In this document: in pieces, positions 41,871 through 54,939 of the stretch | Numbering within the stretch: position 1 is the stretch's first letter | How the letters are laid out: every line of letters starts with the position of its first letter | From: Paraspadella gotoi | Lineage: Eukaryota; Animalia; Chaetognatha | Length of the DNA: 64,000 bases | Direction of reading: 5' to 3' | Assembly: GCA_051294375.1 (NCBI GenBank) | Contig: CM119269.1 | Coordinates: forward strand, 3,204,026-3,268,025 | The notes under the pieces: model-generated | Databases searched by the model: none | What the model was told of the DNA's origin: nothing | The model's input: the letters and a program-made list of their open reading frames with translations, nothing else | Translations under genes and position numbers: made by a program

Positions 41871-44300
41871 CACCGAAAGAATTAAGACAACAGATTTCGG
41901 TCTTAAAATATTAAAACAAGGCTTTTCCATAAATCTAATTAGAAGTTTGGAAAACGTACTAAAACAAAAAAACACGTAGTGCCCCCCAGTTTTTGGTCAA
42001 CATTTTATTAAGACTCCTGCGTAGAAATTATATCAATTAGAATTTTTTTTGTAAAAATAATTTCTTGTTTTGTTATAATTAATTTATTATTAAACTTTTT
42101 TTCAAAACTTTTCCTTTTTTCATAAGTCAATTCAAGTGACGTGTTTTTCATATTTGTTTCATTTTCTTAATTTTTCTCTCTATTCTTTTCTATAACTAGT
42201 AGTGTTTAGACTTATTGTTTTATTTTTCAAGTAGTTCTTAGAAATGTACACAGAATGATTTAGGTTATTAAAAAACTTGAAACATACAACGAATTAGTTG
42301 TATTTAAGCAGCCTATTATTTTCTTATTGTATTAACTTTTTTTTTTCAGATCTAATGGGTAGGTTTAATTATTTGATGCTTGGAAAGGTTAAGATATTTC
42401 GACGTTCTGCAAAGAAAAAAATTAAAACTATTTTACCCATATAGTCACTTGAGTATTCCTTAAATGATTTTTTTTAAACCAATAAAGATCAAGAACTAAG
42501 GCTCCCTGCGTGGTTAGGATTTCAAGACACATTGTGTCTTTTTGGTATCATCGTCGGTAAGAGTCGCTTTAGCCTGGGTAAAAAAAAAAAAATAAAAAGA
42601 TAAAGAATTAAATCAATTTTGTAACATTCCTTTTGAAATATTGTCATCAAATTTTAGTAACGTATTTTTATGACATAAAAAAACATATCTCGTTGAAATT
42701 CTTCCCTTTTTGAAAACCTTTAACCGTATCATTATAGGATGTGTTGCCAAATGCGGAATTCGACAAAGCCAAATCTATTACGCTTTGTATAGAGTTGTGA
42801 GCCTACTAAGAATACAATTAAAACTCGCGCCATCTACATTATAAATCTGAAATTAATATTTTGTTCTTTAATCTAATTTTTATGGCGTCGAACACCCTCA
42901 ACTTTTTTCGACTGTTGAGCGCATAACGTTAATTCCCTTGCTTTGCAGTGTCGGTGTCATTTCAGCATGTCTCGCTGATCATTCCCTAAATATTTTTAAC
43001 ACTAACTGTTTGCCGTGAAGTAGATGTCTACATTCTAAAACCCTTCATTTCGGTTAACATAGATTCTAGTTCCAAACCCAAGCTAACACAGAGCGATTCT
43101 TAAGACGTTTAATAACTGTAGAGATTAATTCCGTAAAGGTTTTTGGAAAAGCTATAATAAGTCTTTTTGCTCAGTGTAACAGAGGCGCCCCCGGGGTTAC
43201 GTATGCTCGTAATGTTAGACCTTTAATTTCATTTGTTTACTTGGGAAAAAAAGACCAATGTACCTTCTTAGTCCTAAATTTTCACGCAAGAGCTCGCTCT
43301 TGTTAGAGAAAATTGTCAAGCAAAAAAACCCCAAAAAACAAAGGACTCTCAAGGCGAGGGAAATGTAATCTTCTATCAGTTTGTAATTAAAATAAAATAC
43401 TCGTTTGATGTTATCTATCTAATGTTTTTTTTTGTTAAACTTTAATCTTGATTACCAAACCGCGAATTATCGTATTTATCTGCATACTATCGATTGTAAA
43501 TATATTGTTATTAATATTAGAAAAGCTTTGTTGTTCACATGTATATTTACTTACTACAACTTTAAGTAAAATAAAAGAAGATTAGGAAGTACTGGTTTTC
43601 ACAATGAACAAATAAGAACACAGTTGTATCAAAGAAATGATTGAGCTTAAATTCCTAATTCACGTTGTGCTTACACTTCAACAGTCGATTATGACGATTT
43701 TCATTTTAACGCTATTTTTTTTTCTTTAACACGTATGCGCTTATGAACACATTGATAAAGAATAAATATTTTAGCAATTTCTAGAAAATAAATACTACGA
43801 TATTTCATAGAAATAATGTTCTGCAGGAAGAAACCCAAAATTAAAGTGCGCTCATTTTAATTTTTTATATTTCAAATATGAATAAAAATAGAAAATGCGT
43901 TTTGGGTTTCTTCTCATCCGTTTCTCGTTTCGTTCCTTAAGGGGAGTATCGTTATCTTTGAGCAAGATTCTCACATTAGCTTGTTTCAACAAACTGCGGA
44001 TGAAAAATTTGTCCTGACAAAAAAAAAAAGAAAAGCGAATTTGACACGAGCAATGAACGACCCCTTATATAGTCAATTTAAAAGAAAAAATTGATAGAAT
44101 TTTCCCCAATTCGTCGCATTTCTTCTTCTGAGACCCAAATTTTTTGCAGTTCTTGGAGAGCGAGACTTTCTGAATCGAATCTGCCATTTCCTGGGATAGA
44201 GCAGTGCGCTTGCGCTTGCGCGTACGCGCTCATTTGTCGACTACTTCTTTTGGAAAAGAGAAAAGTTTTCTCGGAAGCCGTTGACATTGAGAGTCGTTCA

Positions 44301-45775
44301 TTAAAAGGAGCCGCTCTTCAAGAGTTGACGAAGCAGAGGTTCACCGCCGGACAAAAGGCCCCTCAGCATGAAGATGGCCTCGTCAGTCAGTCGACGAGCC
44401 TCTCCGGTCATCTGAAAAACAGATGTTGGGAAAGGAAGATATATAATATCAAACATTAAACATAGAAATAAGGATGCGAAAATGGACAATTGTCCAAACA
44501 GTCTCAACGATCTTGTTTTTCATGGTCGATTAAATTTAAAAAGTTATGTTATAACTTACAAAAACTTCTTATATACATATATAATTTTCAAACCTTGGTC
44601 AATGGTCAACTCATCTTTACTGGTTTGTGTCCCAAGATACTAGGACTATGGACCGTAAATATGTTAAACTCTCGTCTAAAATGGCTCCATCCTTTTCAAC
44701 ATGTCATTTCCTCCCTTTTCACATGACTCGTCCTCACCTGGTCTCTCTCAATCTCCAGTCCGCGCAACATTCTCTTCATGGTTTTGATCAGAGATTCGTA
44801 GTCTTGCTTGGGATCTTTAACGTCGCTTGCCATTCTACCGCCGCTGCCGCCTCTCATGCTGCTGCCGCCTCCGTTATCGCCGTTGCCTCCGCCGCCGCCG
44901 CCGCCCCCGACCTGTTTTCGGTTCCCGTTGGCCGTCAGTTCGTTCATGTGTGGTCGAAGAAGATCCGTGAGCAAGTTGCGCTTTCCCCTCGAGCGGATTT
45001 CGTCGTCGTCCGATTGGCGTCGCGGGTCGGTCGATGACCGCCACGGAGCGTCGGCCAATTGACGCCAAAATGACGCGCGCAAAAGGAGCGCGGATGGCGC
45101 CGCTTGGCTGGGCGTCGTTCGGCGCTGAGCCTCCTCTCTTTCCTCAGCCTTCACGTTTCTCTCTTCCCTTTCATCTTCCTCCATTTCTTTTTCCCTTTTC
45201 TCTCTTTCCTCCATCTCGTATCGATTCCTCATTTCCTCTTCATTCTTCCTCTCTCTCTCCTCCCTCTCTCTCTCATCTCTCCTCCGATTCCTCTCCTCCT
45301 CTTCCTCCCCCACTCTCTCCTTTCGCCTCCTCACCATCTTCTCCGCCTCCGCCTCCATGATCGCTTCCAACATCCTCCTCGTTGCCTCCGCGTCCGAGGA
45401 GATCTTCCGGCGAAACTCCTCATCGTCCTCTTCTGGGGGAAGATTCCGCAGTTGCTCCTCGAGAAATTCCACCAGAGTCGGAGAGGATCGTCGAGGGTCG
45501 TTAGAGGGGGAGAAGATCGGAGACTCGTCACCGAATCGAGAGAGAAGCGGAGGCCCGAGGAAGCGATTTCGAAGCAGCTCCGCCGAAGCCGCTGCCGGCG
45601 CCGCTTCAGGCACCGACTCCCGCCGCGGCGCCACTTCGATCGGCGCCCACGGACGAGCCGATAACGACGCCGGAAAGGCGACGAGGAAGAGCAGATGAGC
45701 GAGGAAGAGGAAGGAAGAATTGTTAGAGATCATAGGGAGGAAAGAAGTTGAGATTTTTTGAGATTTTTTCCACAT
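44301..45775 (-). CDS. Secreted acidic prohormone/granin-like precursor of unknown family (2 coding exons, ~368-382 aa)
   Basis: Exon 45775-44738 ends at donor CAG|GTGAGG (phase 0). It splices to acceptor TTTTTCAG|ATG at 44411, and the exon ends in TAA at 44301 (adds MTGEARRLTDEAIFMLRGLLSGGEPLLRQLLKSGSF). The protein has a signal-peptide-like FLFLAHLLFLVAFPASLSA/RP, a Glu/Arg-rich helical middle, multiple RR/KR/RK sites, RSRGKR, and no Cys in the spliced product. Confidence 0.7.
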
Positions 45776-46751
45776 TTTCTTCGGCGGTTTTCGTGTATGC
45801 GTTTTGTTTTTGTTTCGGGTTTACTATTTACTTTCTGCTAGTTTTCTCGTTTTCTTTTTTTGTCATGTCGTTTCGTAATCGAAACAAAGAGATTCGGTTT
45901 GGGTGTGATGACCTTGAAAATTGACTTCGTAGGCAGAAGTCGAGTTTTTAATTTTTTTTAATAGATTTTAGAGATTTTAAAGTTTTTCTGTATTGCCTAA
46001 GGTCAATTAAAAGGATGTTGGCAATTGAGTTTTTGTCCTCTCTCTATCTCTGTCTGTGCCGTATCTGTCTTCGTCGAACGGTCAAAGACGAAATGAGTTT
46101 TTTGCTGGTCGACGATGAAGGACGCCGATTTTATTGTAACGCGGAAACAAAACAAAGTGTGGCTGACGACGACAGCGTTCCAAATTTGGACCGACAGCAG
46201 ACGTTACGTGAACCAGGTGCGGTCGTCACGAGCCGTCACAATGAAGTGAGACAAAAACCGGGAGTTAAAGAAAGGAAAAGTTTAAAGGTATTTTTTGGTC
46301 TCGTTATGTTGTCTGTTCGTAAGTTTTTGAAACGCCGTGGATTCGTCTACGAAAGGTAGAGAAAAACGCGCCAGATTAAAGTGTTTTATTTTTATTTTGT
46401 TTTGTGTTCGCCAATCCAGAGTGAAACTGGAAGGCGTTATTGCAGGACTGAGTTTACATTCGTGAAATTCTTAAGAGCGTGTGCGTTTAATTTTTCACCT
46501 GCGATTGTTTTGTCTTTTGATAATTTTGACGTTTTTTTTTTTTAAATGAAATTTATTATGTTTTATTTGATTTGAAATATCGTCGGTATCGTTGCGATAT
46601 TTTTTCGGCGTTTAGTTTATTTTTTTAAAAACTTGGCAAGTAGACAGAGCTTGAACGGAGTGGCAAAATTGAATGCCGTTTTCAAATACTTTTTTTAAGT
46701 TGGAAGATTCTAGATATTTCCAGACTTTAAACTTAAGGGGAGGCGCGGGCT

Positions 46752-46823
46752 CTTTTATACCTGGCCGCGTCGTCGTGGCCGTCGTCTTCGTCGTCGTCTT
46801 TCTCGTCGTCGATATTGACGTCA
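46752..46823 (-). promoter_or_regulatory. TATA box (TATAAAAG, 46759-46752) with full palindromic CRE (TGACGTCA, 46816-46823) ~57 bp upstream; candidate promoter of the secreted precursor gene
   Basis: Both motifs are exact matches, correctly oriented ~1 kb upstream of the ATG at 45775. They are mirrored at 53897-53904 (CRE) and 53961-53968 (TATA) in the duplicate arm. Confidence 0.6.
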
Positions 46824-48671
46824 CAAAAATTCCCGACATCGGCGCCATGGTGTCTCCGTCTTCTTCTTNNNNNNNNNNTTCTTCTTCTTCTTCTTCTTCT
46901 TCTCCTTCTTCCTCGTCTTCATCACAGCCATGGCGACACCGTTCGGTCATCGTTGTGTCTTTCTCGTTGTCTTCCTTGTCTTTGTGGTCATGGCGTTTGT
47001 AATTGTTTCATTCTTTGTTTTTTTTTACAATATTGTAGAGTTTAATTAGATCAAAGGTAAAGAAAACATTGTTTCGATTATTAATTTTTCGCCAGGTTTT
47101 TTTTTCGTTTTAAGGGGACCTGTCTGTCTTTGCGAATGTTTTCTATTCGTTTTAATCTCGAGAGGATCGAAAACTTGACTTCGTTGTGACAGTCACTTGT
47201 CTAAAATCGTTGTGACAATCAATCCTAATAATTTTTTAAAATTTGCTTCTTTGAGTCAAAATTAAGCGATTAAAATGAAACTTTTTATAAAAGGCATACA
47301 TTTTTAAACATTTTTTTAAAAAATGAATTTTTTTAATTTAAAAAAAAAGAAGTTTAGTTTAATCCATAATTTTAAAGTTAAATCCCTTTTTTCATAATAT
47401 CTTATTAGTTTCTTAAAAACCATTTTTGACCTCTGGAACTAAAGAGCAAAGGGTGCAAATTACCAAAGATAAATACGAAAAAGACGAGGGCTTTCGTCTT
47501 AAGAAATGAAATGAAATAATATTTTAATCATGTCGTTTCAATGAGACGGTTTTTGGTCGATCGTTTTGTTTAAACGTTCTTCGCTATGTCTCTGATGACA
47601 TTTATTACAATCTGGTAATAATTTAATATCTAAAGATTTCACTACGAAATTTTAATTTTATGAGAACGAAAGCAAAGGAAATTTTTTCAACGAGCCAAGA
47701 TTGCAAATATTTGATACAATTTCTATATGACGAAAAAACTCATTAAACAAATTAACAATATAAAAAAATTATCAACATAGAAATAAGTTTTTATTCAAAC
47801 AAACACCGGTCTGCACTGGTAGGCTGACTTCGTCAAGATAAGCCAGCTCGGTTGACGTAAACTCGCGTCCTAATGTCATTTCCGTTTTATCTGCGATGTC
47901 GTGATCGTCGTCGTCATCGTTGTCGTCATCGTCATTGTCATCGTCGTCGTCGTCGTCGTCGGAATCGTCGACGTCATCGTCGTCGTCATCTTGACTCGAC
48001 TTGACTTGACAGGTCAAGATGACAACGTTGTCATCGTCATCGTCGTCGTCATCGTCGTTGTCATCGTCGTTGTCATCGTCGTCGTCATCGTCGTCGGCGG
48101 ATTCCGCGTATTTTTTTCTCACGAAATCTCTTCATCGCACGTGGCTCTGAAAAAAACCAAACTTTTGAGAAGATGGAAAATTAAGATCTGGATCTGTGAT
48201 GTTGAACGTGATTCACGTGACGCGAGGATCACGCTTACGAGAACGACTTCCTCAATCATCCCCCGCGTGAGAACGCCTTTCAGATTTCACTCTTGCCGCA
48301 GATTACGAGGAAATCCCCAGCCGAGTTCGATGTGACGGTCACGAGTCACTAGTCACGCCCATCGATTTTCCTTTCTCCCCCTAATATCTCGATCGATTTT
48401 TTTTTTTTATCAGATTCCTCGTTGAAATTCACTCCTCCAATAGAAAAGGTTCTTCTTTCTCCAAGATAAATGTCCGCCTTTACTTTTATTTCACCCAAAC
48501 GATTTCCTCGCGACCAACAATTTGTTTCTCTCTCTCTCCCGAATTTCGGCTAATTTTATTTTCCCCATCGCGATCAAAGTATTTCGACTTTTCCCTTCTT
48601 TTATTGATCTCCCGAAACCTTTTATTTTTATCAATCAATCAATCCATCAATCAATCAATTGAATAAATAAA

Positions 48672-48775
<104 letters not shown>

Positions 48776-49094
48776 TAAAATTAACTGATTATTTATCGTT
48801 TCTGAGTTTAAAAATATTTCCACCTCTATAAAATTCTCTGTCCTACCATTTCTCCCACCCTCACCCGGCCCCCAGGCCCCACCCCCGATTGCCTCCTCAA
48901 AAGCCATCAATTTCAACCGCCCCCACCCCCACCCATCTTCCCTCCCCCTCCACTCCAATTTCCCCGCCAAGATTCGCGAATTGGGAAAGTAATAAAATTT
49001 GGTGAGGAGATCGAAGCGAAAGAGAAAAAGTTCCGGCGTCTGATCGCCTCAGTCGATTTCCTGGATTTTTAATCACTGAGGGCGTCGTGAGACG

Positions 49095-50440
49095 TGAGAG
49101 TCGGTGAGCAGTTGGTGACAGTCGTGAAGTGGTGAGAGTCGGTGAGAGTCGGTGAGAGTCGGTGAGAGTCGGTGATAGTCGGTGACGATTCGGTGAGAGT
49201 CGGTGAGATTCGGGAGAGTCGGTGAGAGTCGGTGGAGTCGGTGAGAGTCAGCGTGAGAGTGGTGAGAGTCGGTGAGAGTCGGTTGAGATCGGTGAGAGTA
49301 GGTGAGAGTCCGGTGAGAGTCGGTGAGAGTTGGTGACAGTCGGTGAAAGTTCGGTGAGAGTCGGTGAGAGTCGGTGAGATTCGTGAGAGTCGGTGAGAGT
49401 CGGTGATGAGTCGGGGGTGGAGAGTCGGTGAGAGTCGGTTGAGAGTTCGGACAGTCGCGTGAAGAAGTTGGTGAGATCGGTGAGAGGGTGAGTTCGGTGA
49501 GTCGTGTGAGAGTCGGTGAGAGTCGGTGAGAGTCGGGTGAGAGTTCGGTGAGAGTCGGGTGATTGGAGAGTCGGTGAGAGTCGGTGAGGTCGGTGAGAGT
49601 TTGGTTGACAGCGTGTGAAAGTTGGTGAGAGTCGGTGTGAGAGTCGGGTGAGATTCCCGGTGAGAGTCTGGTGAGAGTCCGGGTGAGAGTCGGTGAGAGT
49701 GCGGTGCAAGTCTCGTGAGAGTCGGTAAGGAGGAGTCGTAGAGTCGGTGGAAGGTGCAGTCGGAAGGGTGGAGAGTCGGTGAGAGTCGGTGAGATCGGTG
49801 AGTATTTAGGTCGTGTGAGAGTTCGGTGACAGTCGTGAAAGTTGGTGAGACTCGGTGAGAGTCGGTAGATCGTGGGAGTCGGTGAAAGTTGATGAGAGTC
49901 GGTGAGAGTCGCGATGAGCGTCGGTGAGATTCGGGTGAGATTCGGTGCAGAGATCGGTTGAGAAGTCGGTGAGAGTCGGTGAGAGTTGGTGACAGCTCCG
50001 GTGAAGTTGTGAGAGTTGTTGGAGGTCGGTGAGATTCGGTGAGAGTCGGGTGAGAGTCAGGTTGAGAGTCGGTGAGAGCTCTGGGTGAAGAGTCGGTGAG
50101 AAGTCGGTTGAAAGTTAGCTTGAGAGTTGGTTGAGAGTCGGTTTGAGATTCGGGTTTGAGAGTCGGTGCAAGTCGGTGAGATCGTGAGAGTCGGTGAGAG
50201 TCTGCGATGACAGTCGTGTTTGAAAGTTGGTTGAGAGTCCGCTGTGAGAGTCGGTGAGAGTCGCGTGCAAAGTTGGTGAGAGCTCTGGTGAGGTTCGGTT
50301 GAGATTCGTGAGAGGTCCGGTGAGCAGTCGGTGAGAGTTCGCGTGAGAGTCGGTGGGAGTCTGGTGACAGTCGTGAAAGTTGGTGAGAAGGTCCGGTGGA
50401 AGAGTCGGTGAGAGTCGGTGAGAGTCGGTGACAGTGACTG
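49095..50440. repeat. 10-bp tandem satellite (GGTGAGAGTC)n, noisy copy
   Basis: Directly visible tandem units with many indels. Confidence 0.95.
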
Positions 50441-51377
50441 CGTGACGCTGGTTAAAAGGGTTGACGATGGTTCTAGCGGTGACTGCAATTAAAGTGAGGA
50501 TTCGTAGTAACTCTGGCGTTTTGAACCGTCGTGAAAACTGCATTAATTTTAATCACGATATATTTATGAACTATTCTGTAATTGGAGAAATAATATCTGG
50601 GATATTCGAGACAGGAGCCGCTACAATTTTTAACATAACTACTACTATATATTTCGATATCTTTGATTTCTATCCAAATCTTGTTTTCCTTGATGATCAA
50701 TTGGGTGATATCGCTCTTCGCTCAGGAGTCAAAAACTCTGCTCCACCGCAGAGACTTACTTTAGCTAACTCACCCATTACTATCTNNNNNNNNNNNNNNN
50801 NNNNNNNNNNATACCAAAAGAACAAAAGACAAAAATAAAAAGAAAAAAAAGAAAGGAAAGATAGAGAGAAGAAAAGGAAATTTCGTGAGAAAAGGAATAA
50901 AGAGAGGAAGAAAGTAAGGAAGGAAGGAAGAAGGAAGCAAGAAGGAAGCAAGAAGGAAGGAAGGAAGGAAGGAAGGAAGGAAGGAAGGAAGGAAGGAAGG
51001 AAGGAAGGAAGGAAGGAAGGAAGGAAGGAGAGTAATGGGTGAGTTAGCTAAGTAAGTCTCTGCGGTGGAGCAGAGTTTTTGACTCCTGAGCGAAGGAGCG
51101 ATATCACCAAATTGATCATCAAGGAAAAGAAAGATTTGGATAGAAATCAAGGATATCGAAATATATAGTAGTAGTTGTATTTTTGAAAATTTGTAGTGGC
51201 TCCTGTCTCGAATATCCCAGATATTTGTTCCATCTCCAATTACAGAATAGTTCATAAATATTAAAATTAATGCAGTTTTCACGACGGTTCGAAACGCCGA
51301 ACTACTACGAATCCCCACTTTAAATTGCAGTCACCGCTAGAACCATCGTCAACCCTTTTAACCAGCGTCACGCAGTC

Positions 51378-51600
51378 ACTGTCACCGACTCTCACCGACT
51401 CTCACCGACTCTCACCGACTCTCACCGACTCTCACGCGACTCTCACGCGACTCTCACCGACTCTCACCGACTCTCACCGACTCTCACCGACTCTCACCGA
51501 CTCTCACCGACTGTCACGGACTCTCACCGACTCTCACGACTCTCACCGACTCTCCACCGACTCTCACCGACTCTCACCGACTCTCACCGACTGTCACGGA
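51378..51600. repeat. 10-bp tandem satellite (GACTCTCACC)n, short clean copy in right arm
   Basis: Reverse complement of the 49095-50440 array, much shorter. Confidence 0.95.
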
Positions 51601-54600
51601 CGCCCTCAGTGATTAAAAATCCAGGAATCGACTGAGGCGATCAGACGCCGGAACTTTTTCTCTTCGCTTCGATCTCCTCACCAAATTTTATTACTTTCCA
51701 ATTCGCGAATCTTGGCGGGGAAATTGGAGTGGAGGGGGAGGGAAGATGGGTGGGGGTGGGGGTGGGGGGCGGTTGAAATTGATGGCTTTTGAGGGAGCAT
51801 CGGGGGTGGGCCTGGGGGCCGGGTGAGGGGGGGGGGAAATGGTAGGACAGAGAATTTTATAGAGGTGGAAATATTTTTAAACTCAGAACGATAAATAATC
51901 AGTTAATTTTATTTTATTTATTTATTTATTTATTTATTTTATTTATTTATTTATTTATTTATTATTATTTATTTATTTTATTTATTTATTATTATTTATT
52001 TATTTATTTATTTTTTTTTTATTTATTCAATTGATTGAATTGATGGATTGATTGATTGATAAAAATAAAAGGTTTCGGAGATCAATAAAAGAAGGGAAAA
52101 GTCGAAATACTTTGATCGCGATGGGAAAATAAATTAGCCGAATTCGGGAGAGAGAGAGAAACAAATTGTTTGGTCGCGAGGAAATCGTTGGGTGAAATAA
52201 AAGTAAAGGCGGACATTTACTTGGAGAAAGAAGAACCTTTTCTATTGAGGAGTGAATTTCAACGAGGAATCTGATAAAAAAAAAAAAATCGATCGAGATA
52301 TTAGGGGGAGAAAGGAAAATCGATGGGCGTGAGTGACTAGTGACTCGTGACCGTCACATCGAACTCGGCTGGGGATTTCCTCGTAATCTGCGGCAAGAGT
52401 GAAATCTGAAAGGCTTTCTCACGCGGGGGATGATTGAGGAAGTCGTTCTCGTAAGCGTGATCCTCGGGTCACGTGAATCACGTTCACACACAGATCCAGA
52501 TCTTAATTTTCCATCTTCTCAAAAGTGTGGTTTTTTTTTCAGAGCCACGTGCGATGAAGAGATTTCGTGAGGAAAAAAATTACGCGGAATCCGCCGACGA
52601 CGATGACGACGACGATGACAACGACGTATGACAACGACGATGACGACGACGATGACGGATGACAACGTTGTCATCTGACCTGTCAAGTCAAGTCGAGGTC
52701 AAGATGACGACGACGATGACGTCGACGATCCGCGACGACGACGACGACGATGACAATGACGATGACGACAACGATGACGACGACGATCACGACATCGCAG
52801 ATAAAACGGAAATGACATTAGGACGCGAGTTTACGTCAACCCGAGCTGGCTTATCTTGACGAAGTCAGCCTACCAGTGCAGACCGGTGTTTGTTTGAATA
52901 AAAACTTATTTCTATGTTGATAATTTTTTTATATTGTTAATTTGTTTATGAGTTTTTTCGTCATATAGAAATTGTATCAAATATTTGCAATCTTGGCTCG
53001 TTGAAAAAATTTCCTTTGCTTTCGTTCTCATAAAATTAAAATTTCGTAGTGAAATCTTTAGATATTAAATTTATTACAGATTGTAATAAATGTCATCAGA
53101 ACATAGCGAAGAACGTTTAAACAAAACGATCGACCAAAAACCGTCTCATTGAAACGGACATGATTAAAATATTATTTCATTTCATTTCTTAAGACGAAAG
53201 CCCTCGTCTTTTCGTATTTATCTTTGGTAATTTGCACCCTTTGCTCTTTAGTTCCAGAGGTCAAAATGGTTTTTAAGAAACTAATAAGAATATTATGAAA
53301 AAAGGGATTTAACTTTAAAATTATGGATTAAACTAAAACCTTCTTTTTTTTAAATTAAAAAAATTCATTTTTTAAAAAAATGTTTAAAAATGTATGCCTT
53401 TTATAAAAAGTTTCATTTTAATCGCTTAATTTTGACTCAAAGAAGCAATTTTAAAAAATTATTAGGATTGATTGTCACAACGATTTTAGACAAGTGACTG
53501 TCACAACGAAGTCAAGTTTTCGATCCTCTCGAGATTAAAACGAATAAGAAAACATTCCAAAGACAGACAGGTCCCCTTAAAACGAAAAAAAACCTGGCGA
53601 AAAATTAATAATCGAAACAATGTTTTCTTTACCTTTGATCTAATTAAACTCTACAATATTTGTAAAAAAAACAAAGAATGAAACAATTACAAACGCCATG
53701 ACCACAAAGACAAGGAAGACAACGAGAAAGACACAACGATGACCGAACGGTGTCGCCATGGCTGTGATGAAGACGAGGAAGAAGGAGAAGAAGAAGAAGA
53801 AGAGAAGAGAAGAAGAAGAAGAAAGAAGAAAGAAGAAGAAGAAGAGGAAGAAGAAGAAGAAGACGGAGACACCATGGCGCCGATGTCGGAATTTTGTGAC
53901 GTCAATATCGACGACGAGAAAGACGACGACGAAGACGACGGCCACGACGACGCGGCCAGGTATAAAAGAGCCCGCGCCTCCCCTTAAGTTTAAAGTCTGG
54001 AAATATCTAGAATCTTCCAACTTAAAAAAAGTATTTGAAAACGGCATTCAATTTTGCCACTCCGTTCAAGCTCTGTCTACTTGCCAAGTTTTTTAAAAAA
54101 TAAACTAAACGCCGAAAAAATATCGCAACGATACCGACGATATTTCAAATCAAATAAAACATAATAAATTTCATTTTAAAAAAAACGTCAAAATTATCAA
54201 AAGACAAAACAATCGAGGTGAAAAATTAACGCACACGCTCTTAAGATTTCACGAATGTAAACTCAGTCCTGCAATAACGCCTTCCAGTTTCACTCTGGAT
54301 TGGCGAACACAAAACAAAATAAAAATAAAACCATTTAATCTGGCGCGTTTTTCTTCTACCTTTCGTAGACGAATCCACGGCGTTTCAAAAACTACGAACA
54401 GACAACATAACGAGACAAAAAATACCTTTAAACTTTTCCTTTCTTTAACTCCCGGTTTTTGTCTCACTTCATTGTGACGGCTCGTGACGGACCGCACCTG
54501 GTTCACGTAACGTCTGCTGTCGGTCCAAATTTGGAACGCTGTCGTCGTCAGCCACACTTTGTTTTGTTTCCGCGTTTACAATAAAAATCGGCGTCCTTCA

Positions 54601-54939
54601 TCCGTCGACCAGCAAAAAAACTCATTTCGTCTTTGACCGTTCGACGAAGACAGAACGGCACAGACAGAGATAGAGAGAGGACAAAAAACTCAATTGCCAA
54701 CATCCTTTTAATTGACCTTAGGACAATACAGAAAAACTTTAAAAATCTCTAAAATCTTTAAAAAAAATAAAAACTCGACTTCTGCCTACGAAGTCAATTT
54801 TCAAGGTCATCACACCCAAACCGAATCTCTTGTTTCGATACGAACGACATGACAAAAAAAAGAAACGAGAAAACTAGCAGAAAGTAAATAGTAAACCCGA
54901 AACAAAAAACAAAACGCATACACGAAAACCGCCGAGAAA

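Noticed and set aside
44696-44737. C-terminus VRTSHVKREEMTC of the 359-aa ORF
   Set aside because: Lies after a good donor (CAG|GTGAGG) with an in-frame downstream exon, so it is probably intronic read-through.
47772-48335. Poly-Asp / poly-Val-Ile ORFs (mirrored at 52590-52860)
   Set aside because: (GAC/GAT)n trinucleotide repeat open in several frames; no convincing start or splice context.
48850-48970. C/G-run cluster able to form G-quadruplexes (also 32045-32095, 51735-51840)
   Set aside because: Common low-complexity sequence with no link to a defined feature.
49095-51600. Regularly repeated unit suggesting a CRISPR array or a Thr/Asp/Ser/His repeat protein (LTDSHRLSP ORFs)
   Set aside because: 10-bp head-to-tail satellite without unique spacers or cas genes in a eukaryotic context; the ORFs are by-products of the repeat.
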